Source of the DNA: Chiloscyllium plagiosum
Lineage: Eukaryota
Reading direction: 5' to 3'
Assembly: GCF_004010195.1 (NCBI RefSeq)
Contig: NC_057719.1
Location: 59,754,408 to 59,818,407 of the forward strand
Length of the DNA: 64,000 nt
Of the stretch, positions 1 to 13,089 are shown piece by piece. The stretch's first letter is position 1. Each line of letters opens with the position of its first letter. The notes beneath the pieces were generated by a model, which was given only the letters and a program-made list of their open reading frames with translations, made no database searches and had not been told where the DNA came from. The position numbers and the translations under genes are program-made.

Positions 1-125
1 GAGGAAACCCACGCAGATATGGGGAAAATGTGCAAACTCCACACAGACAGTCGCCCGAGGCTGGAATCAAACCCGGGTCCCTGGTGCTGTGAGGCAGCAG
101 TGCTTAACCATTGAGCAACCGTGCT
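1..125 (-). mobile_element. HE1/V-SINE-type tRNA-derived SINE, 5' part (runs off the window start)
   Basis: The reverse complement reads GCACGGTTGCTCAATGGTTAAGCACTGCTGCCTCACAGCACCAGGGACCCGGGTTTGATTCC (A and B boxes), then the V-domain-like TGTGTGGAGTTTGCACATT...TCTGCGTGGGTTTCCTC. Confidence 0.9.
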
Positions 126-1647
126 CTGTCGTAGGAAAGGAAACCCTAGGTGGGAGCATCACTTTCACAGTCTGTGACAATACTGTGCTGCACGATAATT
201 GCTACTATTTTGCAGCAGATGCAAAATCAGCTTCTCCCCGCTAATCCAGATCCTGTCGGGTAATTCTGCCAGAATGTGCAGACGTGATTTGTGAAATCTT
301 AAAGGTGGGCCCATTTTAACAACACTGATTCTTGCTGTTCTTTTCTTCTAGCAATGCCACTGAAAACATGATCATCTCTATTGGGAGCCATCCAATGTGT
401 GGGTGATTCTGTTACTCTCAGGGATTGGTGGAACGCTGCTACATAAACTATTTTAAGAAGCATAGCTTCCACTGGTGCCATTGTGCCCAAGTGAGATGCC
501 ATCTCTGGCTATCAACATTGTTGTGCATACGACAGCATGTAGACAAAAGAGACCTGTTGTGCAGCCTGAGGTCCCTGGCTTCCTTTCAACTTGTCTCCTC
601 GCAAACACATCAACTCAAAGTGTTCCTTTTGAGAAACCCCACAGTGCCATTAAGATTGAATGGGAGGCAGTGAAGAGTAGAAAATCAATGGAGCAACTCA
701 CACATGAATGTCCATATGAGCTTCAGTAATATGGTGAGGAAATAAAAGAAACTGGTCTGATGTACGCGGCCTTAAACTGCTTGTATTTACATCACTGTAT
801 CTTTCAAATCAATCCTTGTTTATGTCTCAGCTCCTGGCAAACCTGAATATCTGGCTTGCTGGATACATTTGGCAGGTCACCACATTGAAATTGTTTGCAG
901 GTCATCCTGCATCAGATTGTGTGTGTGTTAATGAACTTCCACCCATTTGAAAGTCAACTGAAATAGGTGGAGATTAGTCACAGCTAATGACTCAAATGAA
1001 TTTCTGCTGTGTTACATGTTGTATGCAGTATTTCTCGAGCATTATGGAGCCTCATCCTGAAGCTTAGGTAACAAGCCAACTGGAAGCATTACCAGACAAG
1101 AGGGACAAAAAATGTTTTCTAATTATTTGGCATTCTTTCATTCTCATGTGAAATAATACATTGACTTTGAAATCTAGATCTCTGTCACAATACTATAGTA
1201 AACACATCCCACACCACCCCTCAGTCCTCTGCTTCAGTTGATGTTCTGAAACATCTGCATAATTTCCCGCCAACTCCATGTAGCGAGGGCCCCCTTAAAA
1301 TCTTGCCTCATTCTCTAAAGTTCTGAGAAATGGTGTCAGCTACCTGAAGGAAAATTGCACAATCACAATAGTTAATTTACAGCATTAGAACACAACAATG
1401 GAAAAAGAAGTTCTAGTAAGCAACTTAAGACAGAAAAAATGCAAGTACAGAATTCACAGGAAAATATGCTTGTAGAGTATAGGATACCTTGCCCCAGATT
1501 GGCAGAAATCTGCTAATATTGTTGAATTCTGAGATCCCTCATGAACTGAATATTCTTTCACTCAGCTGATCCAATGCATGTGTTATTTGCACAATATCCT
1601 TCTTCCACCAGCTTCCCACTTCTCCACTTTACTCAGCTGTTCCTTTC

Positions 1648-1913
1648 CTACCTCACAGTACCAGGGACCCAGGTTTGATTCCATCCTCAGGTGTCTCTCT
1701 GTCTGTGGAATTTGCATATTCTCCCCGTAGCTGTGGGTTACCTCTGGGTGTTCTGGTTCAAAGATTTGCGGGTTAGGTGGATTAGCCATGGATAATGCAG
1801 GAGTACAGGAATGGGGTGGGGGGCTAGGTCTGGGTGGGATGCTGGTTGGAGTGTCAGTGCAGGCTGGATGGGTTGAATATCCTGTTTATGCACTGTAGGG
1901 ATTGTATGATTCT
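1648..1913 (+). mobile_element. HE1/V-SINE-type SINE, diverged
   Basis: CTCACAGTACCAGGGACCCAGGTTTGATTCC head, GGAATTTGCATATTCTCCCCG core, and a CR1/HER1-like tail ending GATTGTATGATTCT. Confidence 0.85.
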
Positions 1914-2439
1914 GTGAATAGTCCACTTCACTTATACTCAGAAGTTGAACTGGACCCACAGCAATGATGTTGCTCCTCTGTATCCCTCTTTTGTGGGAAA
2001 GGATAGATCAAAGATAAAATTCATACCCGCTACATAATAACTACAATCTTACTTCCCGACAAGCTAAACTGAATAGTTTGTCATTACATCAGACCAATCC
2101 AGCTATCACCCTCAAATGGTTAAACGACAGGTGAGTTGCCTTTCTTTGAAAAATGCTTCTATTTTGACATTTTTTTCAGAAATTATTAACATTTTACAGC
2201 TGTAACATGTTCACTGAGGTTTTCACTTTGAAATCAATTAGCATGCATAGAATCTGCTGGTTGGCTGATTCTTAATATATTAATGCGGCTTAAAATTGAT
2301 GAGGAGCTTATTTAGAAAAAGATGTTGTGTGTAGATAAACTTAATTTTAAAAAATGGCCACATAAACCAATCAATGTCTTTGGTTCTGCAGCCATCAATG
2401 ATGCTTTCGGACTGATTTATTTTTATTAGGACTAGGCAA

Positions 2440-2550
2440 AGGAAATATTTGCTGTATTATAAGGAAAGGACAAGAGAGAGGAACTGATTAGATAGCTCTT
2501 TCAAAGAGCCATCAGAGGCACAATGGGCTGACTGGCCTCATGTGATTCTA
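2440..2550 (+). mobile_element. CR1-type LINE 3' terminal fragment
   Basis: GATAGCTCTTTCAAAGAGCC...GGCACAATGGGCTGACTGGCCTC...GATTCTA resembles the CR1 3' ends at 42700 and 56170. Confidence 0.65.
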
Positions 2551-2995
2551 TGGGTGAGAAATTAAATTGTGTAAGAGCTGCTTCCAGTTGCACGATGCTG
2601 ACTTATCTGTGTTCTTCAGGGCCAGGCAGCATCGCAGGCAGCTACCTGCACAGCCCAGAGCCTCTCCTTGATCTGTGAGAGCAAGCTGTGGCCCAATGTG
2701 TGCCAATGCACACAGAAAAGACACTATCCTCAAGTCATTCAGCTAAACCAGCTGATATGATACCAAGATACCAACATTGACCATAACATGTCATGACTAT
2801 GCCTGCAAATGATACGTTATTAGAACCTCTTCCACTATAAAGTGTCTGAAAGTACTCGGGTATATTTTTCTGAGGTATTTTGGTACATTTACAGAAGAAT
2901 ATTGTCACATCCTTCTATGGAATTAGGAATGGGCAATAAATGCTGGCACATCCAACGATGCCCACATCCTGTGAATGAATATTAAAATAAAATCC

Positions 2996-3086
2996 AAAAC
3001 AAAACAGAAATTGCTGGAACAGCTCAGCATGTCTGCCAGCATCTGTGAAGAGAATTCAAAGTTAACGTCTCAGGTCAAGTAATCTT
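2996..3086 (-). mobile_element. Neptune-type PLE terminal-repeat fragment
   Basis: AAACAGAAATTGCTGGAACAGCTCAGC...GCATCTGTGAAGAG...GTTAACGTCTCAGGTC is the same family as 34598-34632 plus 35249-35330; the HHR is degenerate. Confidence 0.7.
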
Positions 3087-3224
3087 CCCCCCCCCCCCCC
3101 AAAAGTTCCTTTGATCTGTTTTCTGGCCCTGACACAAAACTGGCACGATGTCCTCTTGATGTTCATGAAGCTGTACATAGTGTCATTTAGATGAGCTTTC
3201 AAATGTATTGGTATCTTCACCAAA

Positions 3225-3812
3225 ACCACCTAACATACGGCCCATCTCCGTCCCTGCCTCAGCTCTTCTGCTGAAACCATTCTTTAGTAGTACTCAGGCA
3301 GGAGGCTGGAAGAACACAGCAAGCCAGGCAGTATTAGGAGGTGCAGAAGTTGGCAGAGTGTTTCCTTCAGACTTACTCCTACCTGACTTTCCCGTTCGAC
3401 CATCCATACATTTGCAGTCATCCAGAATTCTGCTGCTTGTGCCCTAACTCAGTTTTAACACCGTTCAGCCAGCTCCTCTGTGTTCACTGGTCTACGGTAT
3501 TTCTTGATTAAGCAATGCCAGGATTTTAGAATTCTCATCTTGCTTTTCAAATCCCTCCATCTCCCTATCTATGTCATCCCCCTGTGACCCTGCAAACATC
3601 TAAGGCATCTGAACTCTTCTAAATCGAGCCTTATGTGTATTCCTGAGCTTAATTGTTCCATATTGGTGACTCTGCAATTCCATCTCTAAACCACTCTGGC
3701 TTTCTATCTCATGCCATTCCTTTGATGCTGCTTAAACCTGGACCACACATTTGGTCCTTGTCTTAACATTTCCTGTGTGTGAAAGCTGCTATAGAAATAC
3801 AAATTGTTGCCA
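3225..3812 (+). mobile_element. L2-type LINE 3' fragment, interrupted by a short PLE piece (~3290-3372, - strand)
   Basis: CATCTCCGTCCCTGCCTCAGCTC...GCTGAAACC, TTTTAGAATTCTCATCTTGCTTTTCAAATCCCTCCAT, and the tail GCTGCTATAGAAATACAAATTGTTG. Confidence 0.7.
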
Positions 3813-4882
3813 TTGCTATCTGACAGAGCAACAAATTTACCTGAATATCTCAGAATGCATGCCATTCCAACAAAGTTTCACTCTGAGTCTCCTGCAGCAG
3901 TCCTTATTTGCGACTCTGATCTCTGGCAAACTAAGCATTTTTTATTCTGGTCTCGCTGCCACCCATTTTTAATTAGATGACAAATTATCTGATCTGTCTC
4001 TTTACTACCCTTCAAAATCTGAGTTGATGGCTCAAGGTTTCAGATCAAGTGATAGGTCCATTTTATCTCTGCTGTGCTGTAGTCTCCCTCTCTCCTTTTC
4101 TCTCTCTTTGATTTCCTCCTGGGGTTGCTGTGGCTGGCCAGGTGTGGGTTTTGAGTGTCTGAAAGCAGGAAATCAGAGGGTTAAGAGGTGTGCTGAAGGA
4201 AGGGATGTGGTATAGGAAGCAAGATCTGGTTATCTAATCCCATTGGACATGTCAGATTCCAGACTTAAATCTGGTTGATGGATCGTATTTTGGTTTTGAC
4301 GACATGGTCTCTCACTGAAACACAAGTACACAGTGCCACAGGTCTGGATTTAACAGTGAAACAGAAATTTATTAAAGCAAAAGAAATAAAGATAAAATAG
4401 AATCAACCAATCTGTTTACTTATAACACAAATTCAAAGAGTTTCAAACAATATAATCCCAATAATCCCAAAACTACACTTTTCAAAAACAAAGGACTCAT
4501 CACTTACGTAGTACCTAGCAGCAATCCTTGTACCGTACTCACACCTTACATACTCTATAAGTTTTTCAACCACTGTGCAGACTTCAGCGGTCGTATGTCC
4601 TGGAATTTCTGGAATAGGAAGTTGATGAGGGTGCACACTGATTGGTGTGCACAGAGCATCTGAGTGGCAATGCAGAGGGAACATTTCTCACACCAGAATT
4701 CCTTTCTCTAACACCTCAGTAGTTTAATGTACTGTGACTTTGATTCCCTGGCTGGAGATATCAGATTCTTACAGGCAGGATGAACCTAGAGGAGGCATGA
4801 AGGGATATACAAAGGATACAGGAAAAAGATTTTATTGTAAAATGAATCATCATCATGTTGTATTTGCAATGTGGCTGACTTT

Positions 4883-5088
4883 TTAGATTAGATTACTTAC
4901 AGTGGCCCAACAAGTCCACACCGACCCAGACCCATTTCCCTACACCTAACACTATGGGCAATTTAGCATGGCCAATTCACCTAACCTGCACATTTTTGGA
5001 CTGTGGGAGGAAACCCACGCAGACATAGGGAGGAATTGAACCCAGGTCTCTGGCACTATGAGGCAGCAGTGCTAACCACTGTACCACC
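4883..5088 (-). mobile_element. HE1/V-SINE-type SINE with internal deletions
   Basis: (TTAGA)n tail, GGGCAATTTAGCATGGCCAATTCACCTAACCTGCAC body, and GAGGCAGCAGTGCTAACCACTG head (all as seen on the + strand). Confidence 0.9.
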
Positions 5089-5882
5089 CCAGTTCATTAG
5101 CACAAACTTTCTTCTGGTCTACAGGGCCTATTTGTTATCGTGTGATAGAGAACAAACTACTCATTAATCTATTTAGAAGAGCTCTTGTCTAAAACAAGAT
5201 GTAGATAATTTCATGACAACAACTCGGTGCAAGTTACATTAACACATAAGGCATTGTTACAGAGACAATGAGGAAGACCCAGATGATAAATCTTACCCAA
5301 TTGAATCTTGAGCAGTTCTTGTTGCAAATCCATGTCACATCTTCATTGTGGCTGGTATGTAAGGAACTCATCAGCATTAACCCTTTCAGACCCTTACGCC
5401 CTCATACAACATATATAGGTCAAATCGTGGGCAGGGAGGGCTTACCCCATGGCAAAAGTTTACCCCATGGGATAGGAGAGGTGGCAAAGATAGCTGAATG
5501 GCTGATCTATAAATAAATGAACTTTCCTGCATGTCATTGGAAGTGAGGGTGGAGGAGACAGGCATTTGGGATTTAAGGAGCCATCAGTTAGCTTTACATT
5601 CCAGAGTGATACTGAAACAGTTTTACCAGATGACTTTATGTGGCCCAGCCAAAACGGGTGGTGGATGGCTAAACCTGTTTTCTGCCATACATGTTCAAGT
5701 TTGCATTCCTTGGATTTACGAATGTGAAGATGAGGACTGTGCCAAGTAAAATGGCAAGGGTGCAAGAGAAAGCAATGGTTTTAATGGGATGAGGGCATCA
5801 AAGATGGAGAAGAGTTTATATTTGAGTAGGTCATTATTTACAATCTCGTTTTGGATGGAGAGCCCAAAACTAGACAATTGGG

Positions 5883-6090
5883 AATCTGAAATTCGAACAG
5901 AAAGTGTTGGAGAGACTAAGCAGGTCTGGCAATATCCATGGAGAGAAAACAGAGTTAATGTTGCCAGTCCCATGACTCAAAGTCAACGTTAAATCTGTTT
6001 CTTTCTCCACAGATGCGACCAGACCTGCTGAGTTTCTCTAATATTTTCTGTTTTTATTTTAGATTTTCAGCTTCCACATTATTTTTCTTT
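5883..6090. mobile_element. Head-to-head (fold-back) pair of Neptune-type PLE terminal repeats
   Basis: Arm 5883-5962 is an imperfect reverse complement of arm 5985-6066, with a 22-nt spacer. Confidence 0.7.
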
Positions 6091-7799
6091 TATGAGAATG
6101 CAGTTCGAAGTGAATTGGAAGATTGTTTTTTTTCTCAGGACTGAGACAGAAAGAGGTGGGATTTGGAGTAGAAGCAGGATACAAATGGAGAGTAACACAT
6201 GGAAGTTGTTAGTAGGAATTAAAATTTACAGATACTATCAAGGCAATGCTCAAAAAGGATTCTATAACTTGCAATTAACATTAACTTATAAAACAAGCCT
6301 TAAAATTACTGTATTTCTTCATTAATTACCATTTACTAACAGTAGATGGCAATGTTAACCTTTAGATCTAATATAGTCACAATTCCGAACAATTATGGTT
6401 GTATTACAAAAACTATTTACATAAATAGCCTGACACACAAGGTACTGGATGCAGATTGTTTTCAATGCAATAAGTTTGTTTTAAATCATAGATTAAACTA
6501 TAATGGTTTTACCTGTGGTATGAGAATAGAATCTGGTTTAAAAAAATGTTAACTTGCCAGTGAAATGATGGTTGCTTGTGGATTAATTTCTGTTCATCTT
6601 GAACATGCCAAAGTTACCATGGTAGGTTCCACTGAGCATTAGGCTTGCTGAGACCTTCATCATTGTGGGACCTGCCTCAATATTGGTACCAGCCTGTATC
6701 CTATTCCTAGATCTCCTTTCCTTACACAAAATTTAATACAGAAACAGATCTCTCCTTGACTGTGCTCAAAGGTAGTTGGGGTTTGAATGCATTTTCTGTA
6801 ATAGTTAGAAATTCATAGAATGATTAATATGGATGACAGAATAAGCAGCTTAATACTTAATACTTAATACTTGAAGCATTGTCTGATTTGTTTGCAATGC
6901 TAATTTCCCTACAGGATGTTGTATAAGGTAGTTATTACTTGAAGAGGTTAACTGATGTAATGAGATAAGCCTTGCCTATCAGCATATGTAGGGCTGTTCT
7001 CAGGAGGAGCTAACCAGTTTTGTGAATCCAGTTCTAGGTTCAATGTAGCTAAACAGTAATGTTAGCCTTAAATTCAGCTTGAAGGCTTACAAGAGGCCAT
7101 TGGGTATTTCGGATGTAATCTAACTGGCTAACAAGTACTCCATAATAAACCTATTCTATTCAAATGACCAAACCTGTTTTCTGGCAAAGACTTTGTATGG
7201 ACATCCTTTCCCACTTGCTATCAGTGACTTAGACTAACACCAATAAGAAGGATTGATGGCAGTGAATCTACCCAAGGCTCTGGAGTTTTTGGGCAGGACC
7301 ACAACGTATTATTACCCGTGCTACTGAAAATGAGGAGTGTAATGTTTTCTCATTTGTTAGTCTGTTCATCTGTAAGCAATCCATCTCTTAAAAACAATGG
7401 ACAATTTCAGCAAAACCTGAGAAGGTAAAGTTCAAGTTAGAAATGATGAGCTTCTAGTGGAGATTCAGATTCTGCTGTTGAAATATTTTAAGTAATTTAT
7501 CCACGAGCAAAAAATGAGCGAATTAACACTTAGAATGTTATCAGTTGTTTTATTTAGACTACCTAACGTATACAACTTAACCCTTAACTTTAACTTCACC
7601 TGCCCCAGTATTGGTTATGGTCCCCAGTGAGAACTGGATTCCCAGACTGGCCTTCCAACTGGTTCTGGTGGTTTTTCATTGGGACTGAGTGTAGTAGTTC
7701 CTGTCATGGTCACAATGAACAGACATGCTGTGGTTCACCAGCAGCACTCTGATGGTAGACCTCATGCCCATTTCATGGTGAGAGGCCTATATTCCTGTT

Positions 7800-8605
7800 C
7801 GTTGGAGTATTAAATGGCTGCAGGGCAGCCATTAGAAATGAAAGTGAATTCCCCACCCAATTTTGTTTGGGATATTCCATCTTGTGTCCCATGAGTGAAT
7901 TAAAAAACCTGTTGAATGTTGCCCATTGTCTTTGGTTCCTGCCACAAACTCTGTTCCTATTGCTATCCCTGGCAACTGTGTCAGGCTCAGCCAGTCTATT
8001 TGCAAACTTTGTGTTATATTTAATCATGAGATAAGCTCCTGAGCATTTATCTGTGCTATCACCAAGAGTGCCTACAGTGTTGCCTGACTCCACTATTGCC
8101 TTAGTTGCAGCTGAAATCCTCATCCATGCCTTTGTTGTCTACATACCTGGCTGCTTCAATGTTCTCAGATTGGCTTCCTATGGTCCCCCCTCCATGCATG
8201 CTTTTCTCCTGCATAAATCGGAGGTCATCCAAAGCTGTTAATAACTTATTCTGTTCATAATGACACCCATGTTTGCTTACCTCTGTTGGATCCAGGTCTG
8301 GCATTGCCATTGTTTTTTCAAATCCTGTCACAACCTCTCCACTTCCTATCCTTGCAATCTCCTCCAGTCCTACAACTCTCTGACATCTCTGCACTCCTCC
8401 AAATTGTCACTTTCAATTCATCGTCGGTGTTAATAAGTTCAGCTGCTGAGTGAAGATCTTGAGACTTGTTTCCTAAACCTCTTCTCTCTAACCTCTATCC
8501 CTTCCTTATAGAGACTAATGGTCATTCATCATTATAACTCTTTATGTGTGAAGCATTCTGGACCAGTTTCTCCCATTTGAGGTGTTGTATTAACACATGC
8601 TGTTG
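7800..8605 (+). mobile_element. L2-type LINE RT C-terminus and 3' UTR, decayed
   Basis: GCAGCTGAAATCCTCATCCATGCCTTTGTT (AEILIHAFV), GAGGTCATCCAAAGC, CCTATCCTTGCAATCTCCTCCAGTCCTACAAC, and an L2-like tail. Confidence 0.7.
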
Positions 8606-9221
8606 CTGTAATATTGTCACACTCACATCCCTCTCCCTCAATTAGTTCTGTTTTCTGTGAGAAAACTCTGTTACCTTACAGAAAGCCAATCCACTGTGAA
8701 ATACCCCTTCCTTTATCTACACTTCCCTTTGTTTCTTGTTATTTTCACACTGCCTCTTCCTTCACTTGCTTCAGTTGTCCTTTTAAATTCTTCTTTTTTC
8801 TATTCTTGCAACTATTGTCACTTGGTAGTTTATCTTTAATGACTTTGTGCATGTTTACATTTGAAGTGTGATTCTGTTCTCTCAGCATTTATCCGCCTAT
8901 AGCTAATAATTTGCCTTTTCCTCCATCAACCATCCTGTGCATGGAGCTATGTGGAAGTGTTTGGAAGAAACATATGTGAAGTAATGTGGGGCAGAAATAT
9001 GTATAAGAGCACTGAAAACATGTGTAAAGTGGCATTGATGGACTCTTAACATTGAAATTAAAATGGATTTCTGAAAATAATTGCTGTTATTCTATTTGCT
9101 ATTTTTAAAATAATGTTTTTAAGGGATCATGGTAGAATGTCAAGAACCTGTGTGGCTGTTGAAAGGAGTTTGAATAATTTTTCCAGCAGTGGAATTCCCA
9201 TTTTTATGTTAATCTTTATGT

Positions 9222-9292
9222 ATAAAGTTATACTGGCACAGAAACAGACTCTTCGGTTCAACCTGTCCATACCAACCAGACATCCTAAACTG
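9222..9292 (-). mobile_element. Short CR1/HER1 3' tail
   Basis: CACAGAAACAGACTCTTCGGTTCAACCTGTCCATACCAACCAGAC matches 37800-37850. Confidence 0.7.
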
Positions 9293-12200
9293 AGTTTTAG
9301 TAAAACGATTAAGAGGGCTGAATTTTAACTGACAAAAAGCAAGTTGGTGTGGTTGGACAGGGATTGTAAAGTGAGAGAAAATCAGTTTCTGACCCAAATC
9401 CACTCATTTCCTGTTTTAATTGATGATGAATGTTGGGAAGTTTCCCTGTCCATTTATGAATATGTTTAGTGCTAGCTGTATCATGCATAATTTGCTGGCA
9501 TGGTAGTCACAATAAGAAAAAGTTCAAAAATGGAAATGATCAAAAGATGATTCTTGAAGATTTCAAGTGATGGAGCTGTGATTCCTAATTTCCTTTTGCA
9601 GCTCCTTCCACTGTGTGATTGTCCTTGGGAAGAGAAATTGTTAATACACTGTCTTGAAGACTAGTCTTTGTAGTTTATGTGGCTAGCTGCCTTGTGTTTA
9701 TCATTGCTGGAGGGCATTGTGTACTTGTTTCTGTCAATTCTCACCAGTCCATTCCATATTTTATTGGATACACATGAACAACTTGTTTTTTCTCTCTCCT
9801 GTTTTGCTGTTGTGAATCCAATTTCAAATCTTTGATCAAACATGTGTCACTAGTGTATTTTCTGTGCTGATTTGTGAAGAATCATGCAGTCTATATTTGG
9901 ATTTTTTCAATCTTATTTATATCCATCATTATATAGGGATCTCATACACAATTTACACTGTTCAGGTTTGGACGAGCAGTATTTGGTAAGCTGTAATTCT
10001 GCTACTTTTGTTGAAATATTAAAGATAATTTATTTGGAAATCCAAAAACCTCAATTGCTTTTGATGTTATTTGCTGAATGTGGAATCCCCATTAAAGATT
10101 GTTTGTTTGTAAGATAAACTTCAGGTATGATTGATTATGTGCGTGTTGGAAAATTAAATTATGGAATTTAAAGCTATCTGTTGGTGGCTCCTCTTTGTTG
10201 GTGATGTATATGACCAAAGGGTTTGACTTTACATGCCATCTCCCATTGGTCCCACCATTTTGACAATACTAGAAGAATCTCTCACAAATAACTGATAACC
10301 TCATGAATGTTCCATGGTGTGTGGAGCCTGCAGTTATATACAAATAGTTACACCCCGTTTGTAACTTTTTAGCAAATTATGCTCATGAAAAATACATCTC
10401 TGTAGTTTTCTACATGACATTTATCTCCCTTTCAAATACCTGTTTCTCACGATGCTAGCTTGACTTCATTGGCCTGGGAAGTAGCTGGTGTTAATTTACT
10501 ATTGAAAGAGATTGGTCGATGTCAGAGTCAGTTCCTCAACCATAAGCTTTGAGATCCAAGGACACAAAATTTTATTTGAATTTATTTCTTGCAGTAATTT
10601 CAGAGCAACATCTTTGCCAATGTATTCACTGCCATTTTTTAATGCTGTTGCATCAAGGGAACTATCCCAAGTTGTCATCTACTGTGTTCTCAGTCAGAGG
10701 CAGGGACAGAAAACATACTGCTCCTGGTCTGCAATCCAACCCCTGGCAGAGCACAGCAGGCACTTAAGGCCTCTGGCCCTGGTTAGTGGGGGCTCTGGTG
10801 CACCCCGATGTCCTGGGTTCTATTCTGAGTCAGATTTGCAGCATGTGCTAAGAATGCAGAATTGATATGTTTCCTGGGCAGGAACTAAACTCACTGGTGC
10901 TGCTTCTCAAAGCCTGTCGTCTACTTACCCTTGCAAAGTTTAAAATTATGTTGGTATGAAACAAATCACTATTAATATCTAAGTGGTAAGGACAACAGCA
11001 GATACCAGGCAAAAATGTTTCGAATAGAGGGATGAATCAGTAAAGTTGAAACCAAATTGAAGAGGAGAAATAGAAATCCATAATAGGAAAAATAATCATT
11101 GCTCCTGTAGGAGGAAACCGAAAACAGCAAAATAGTTCTTTCATCAATTGATCACTTTTTAAAAAATGAATTTTATACCTTCAGGAGTGCATTTACTGTA
11201 ATATTTCACAGTATACCATGGTGACTTCCTGCCAATGGGGCAATATGTTGGAATTTCCAAATCAGCAAGACACATTAGCAACATTTCCCCAAATAATTGT
11301 AAAAATGAGGCTTACGCCAAGAAACACAAGTCTCTTGTTCCTTCTGTGCAGAACCGTTGGAAATCCCTTTGACAAGTGCAAAATGCCCATGTAGCCAAAT
11401 AATTTATCCGACTATTCACTGTGCATTTACAGGAATATCTGTCCCAGAGCTGGTTTGTAGGCTCTTATTTGATGCTAAGTTTACAAGTGTTTTGGAACAA
11501 TGCGTTCTGCACTGTAAGAGTTATTTTATGCTGTTCAAGTAGAATCAAAAAGCTCGACTGCTTTAGCACATTATAGTACAGATTGTAACGATTTGTGCCA
11601 GAGCCTATGTCTTTAATGGAACATTTAAGTACAAAATTTATTTTAAACCGATTTCAAGTCATTTAAAATCTGAAGAGTTCGATCGAGGTCTGTTATCTGC
11701 AATAAAACTTTATGCCTGACAATTGCTCATAATTACTAGATCAATATGGCTGCAACTGTGACTCAATATTTCCTCCAGTATCTTGTATTAAACTAGAGTT
11801 CATGATTTGTATAACATGCAACTGGATATGAAAGTTTTTTTTTAGTTTTTTTTAACTTGCGCTTGTTTGGGTTTAATTAATAAACGTAACTACCAGCTGG
11901 AAACCCATCAAAGATTGTTAATACATTTGTAATTTAAAAGAAATTAAGATTTATGTTGGACATATAGTATTATCATCAAATACTTAATATGGGGGAGGGT
12001 ATTTGTAACCGTAAAATAGTAAAAATGCATCTTCTCATTTATATCTCAAAGCTTTCCAACTGGTGGACTTAATGAGAAATCGGAATAGTGTGTGCATGGC
12101 TGGTCAAGTGGAATGAGTAAATTAGGATTTGCATTATTACAGTAAACAAGTAGGCATTAATTTCAGGAGCAGCTTCGCAAGTGTTGCAAGCCTAATTATA

Positions 12201-12759
12201 GAAAGGCATCATTCAGGACTCACTCTGCTGAACAGAATTTTAAAGGGAATTGTATGTGATAAATCTTAGATCCTGCAGAGAGAATAACAGTCTTCATTCA
12301 TAGACATGAAAGAAAAACTGAGGAGAATTAGTCACCAGGATCTTGTTTGGCCAAAATAAAAAAAATTTGCGCACGGCCAACATTGTTTTGCGAAGACGCT
12401 ACTCACTGGCTTGTGGTTGAGATTGTTGTAGGATGGGGGAAGGTAAAATAATGCCAGAAACTGAAATGTGTAATAACAGGAAGAATAACAGAAGCATAAT
12501 ATGAGGCTTATTTAAATGATTTGATTATGTGCTGTAAATTTTCCACTTTCCATGTTTCACTTAGATGTTATTGCTAACAACACTAACATTTAGGAAAATC
12601 CTAAAATTTACTTCAGTCCATAATTCCAATTTGCATTTTAGATTCATCAGACATATGTTCTGATTATATAAGCCACAGTTGTTGAGGATGAGTATGCATC
12701 TTGTGTGAAAGTTTGAGTAGTAATGGGTAAATTGGTAAATGCATGTTGTAATTTAAAAA

Positions 12760-13089
12760 AAATCATTCACAGGATGTGTGTGTCTCTGGCCAACATTCGC
12801 TGCCCATCCCTAATTGCCCAGGAGCAGTTGAGAGTCAAACAACATTGCTGTAGTTCTGGAGGCACATGTAGGCAAGACCAGGTAAGGATGGCAGTTTCCT
12901 TCTCTGGAGGAACCAGATGGGTTTTTCCCCAACAATTGACAATGGCTTTATGGTCATCATGAGACTTTTAATACCAGATTTTGATTGAATTCAAATTCCA
13001 CCATCTACTGTGGAGGGGTCTAACCCAGTCCCCAGAACATTACCTGGGTCTCCAGATTACGAGCAGTAATACCACTATGCCATTGCCTC
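12760..13089 (-). mobile_element. tRNA-derived SINE, second family (GGGCAATAAATGCTGGCC-type tail)
   Basis: Aligns by eye, in reverse complement, to the full copy at 59692-60040. Confidence 0.85.

Noticed and set aside
299..729. Short ORFs of 67-84 aa
   Set aside because: No recognisable domain or convincing splice structure; such ORFs are expected by chance, as are most entries in the ORF track.
2010..2136. Strong donor CAG|GTGAGT at 2131
   Set aside because: No good upstream acceptor that gives an open frame.
4295..4740. Possible solo LTR (also ~19750-21100 and 22768-23090)
   Set aside because: Poly(A)-signal and TG-start hints only; ends and TSDs could not be defined.
9937..9985. Possible 49-nt exon with a GTAAGC donor
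   Set aside because: Weak acceptor and unrecognised peptide.
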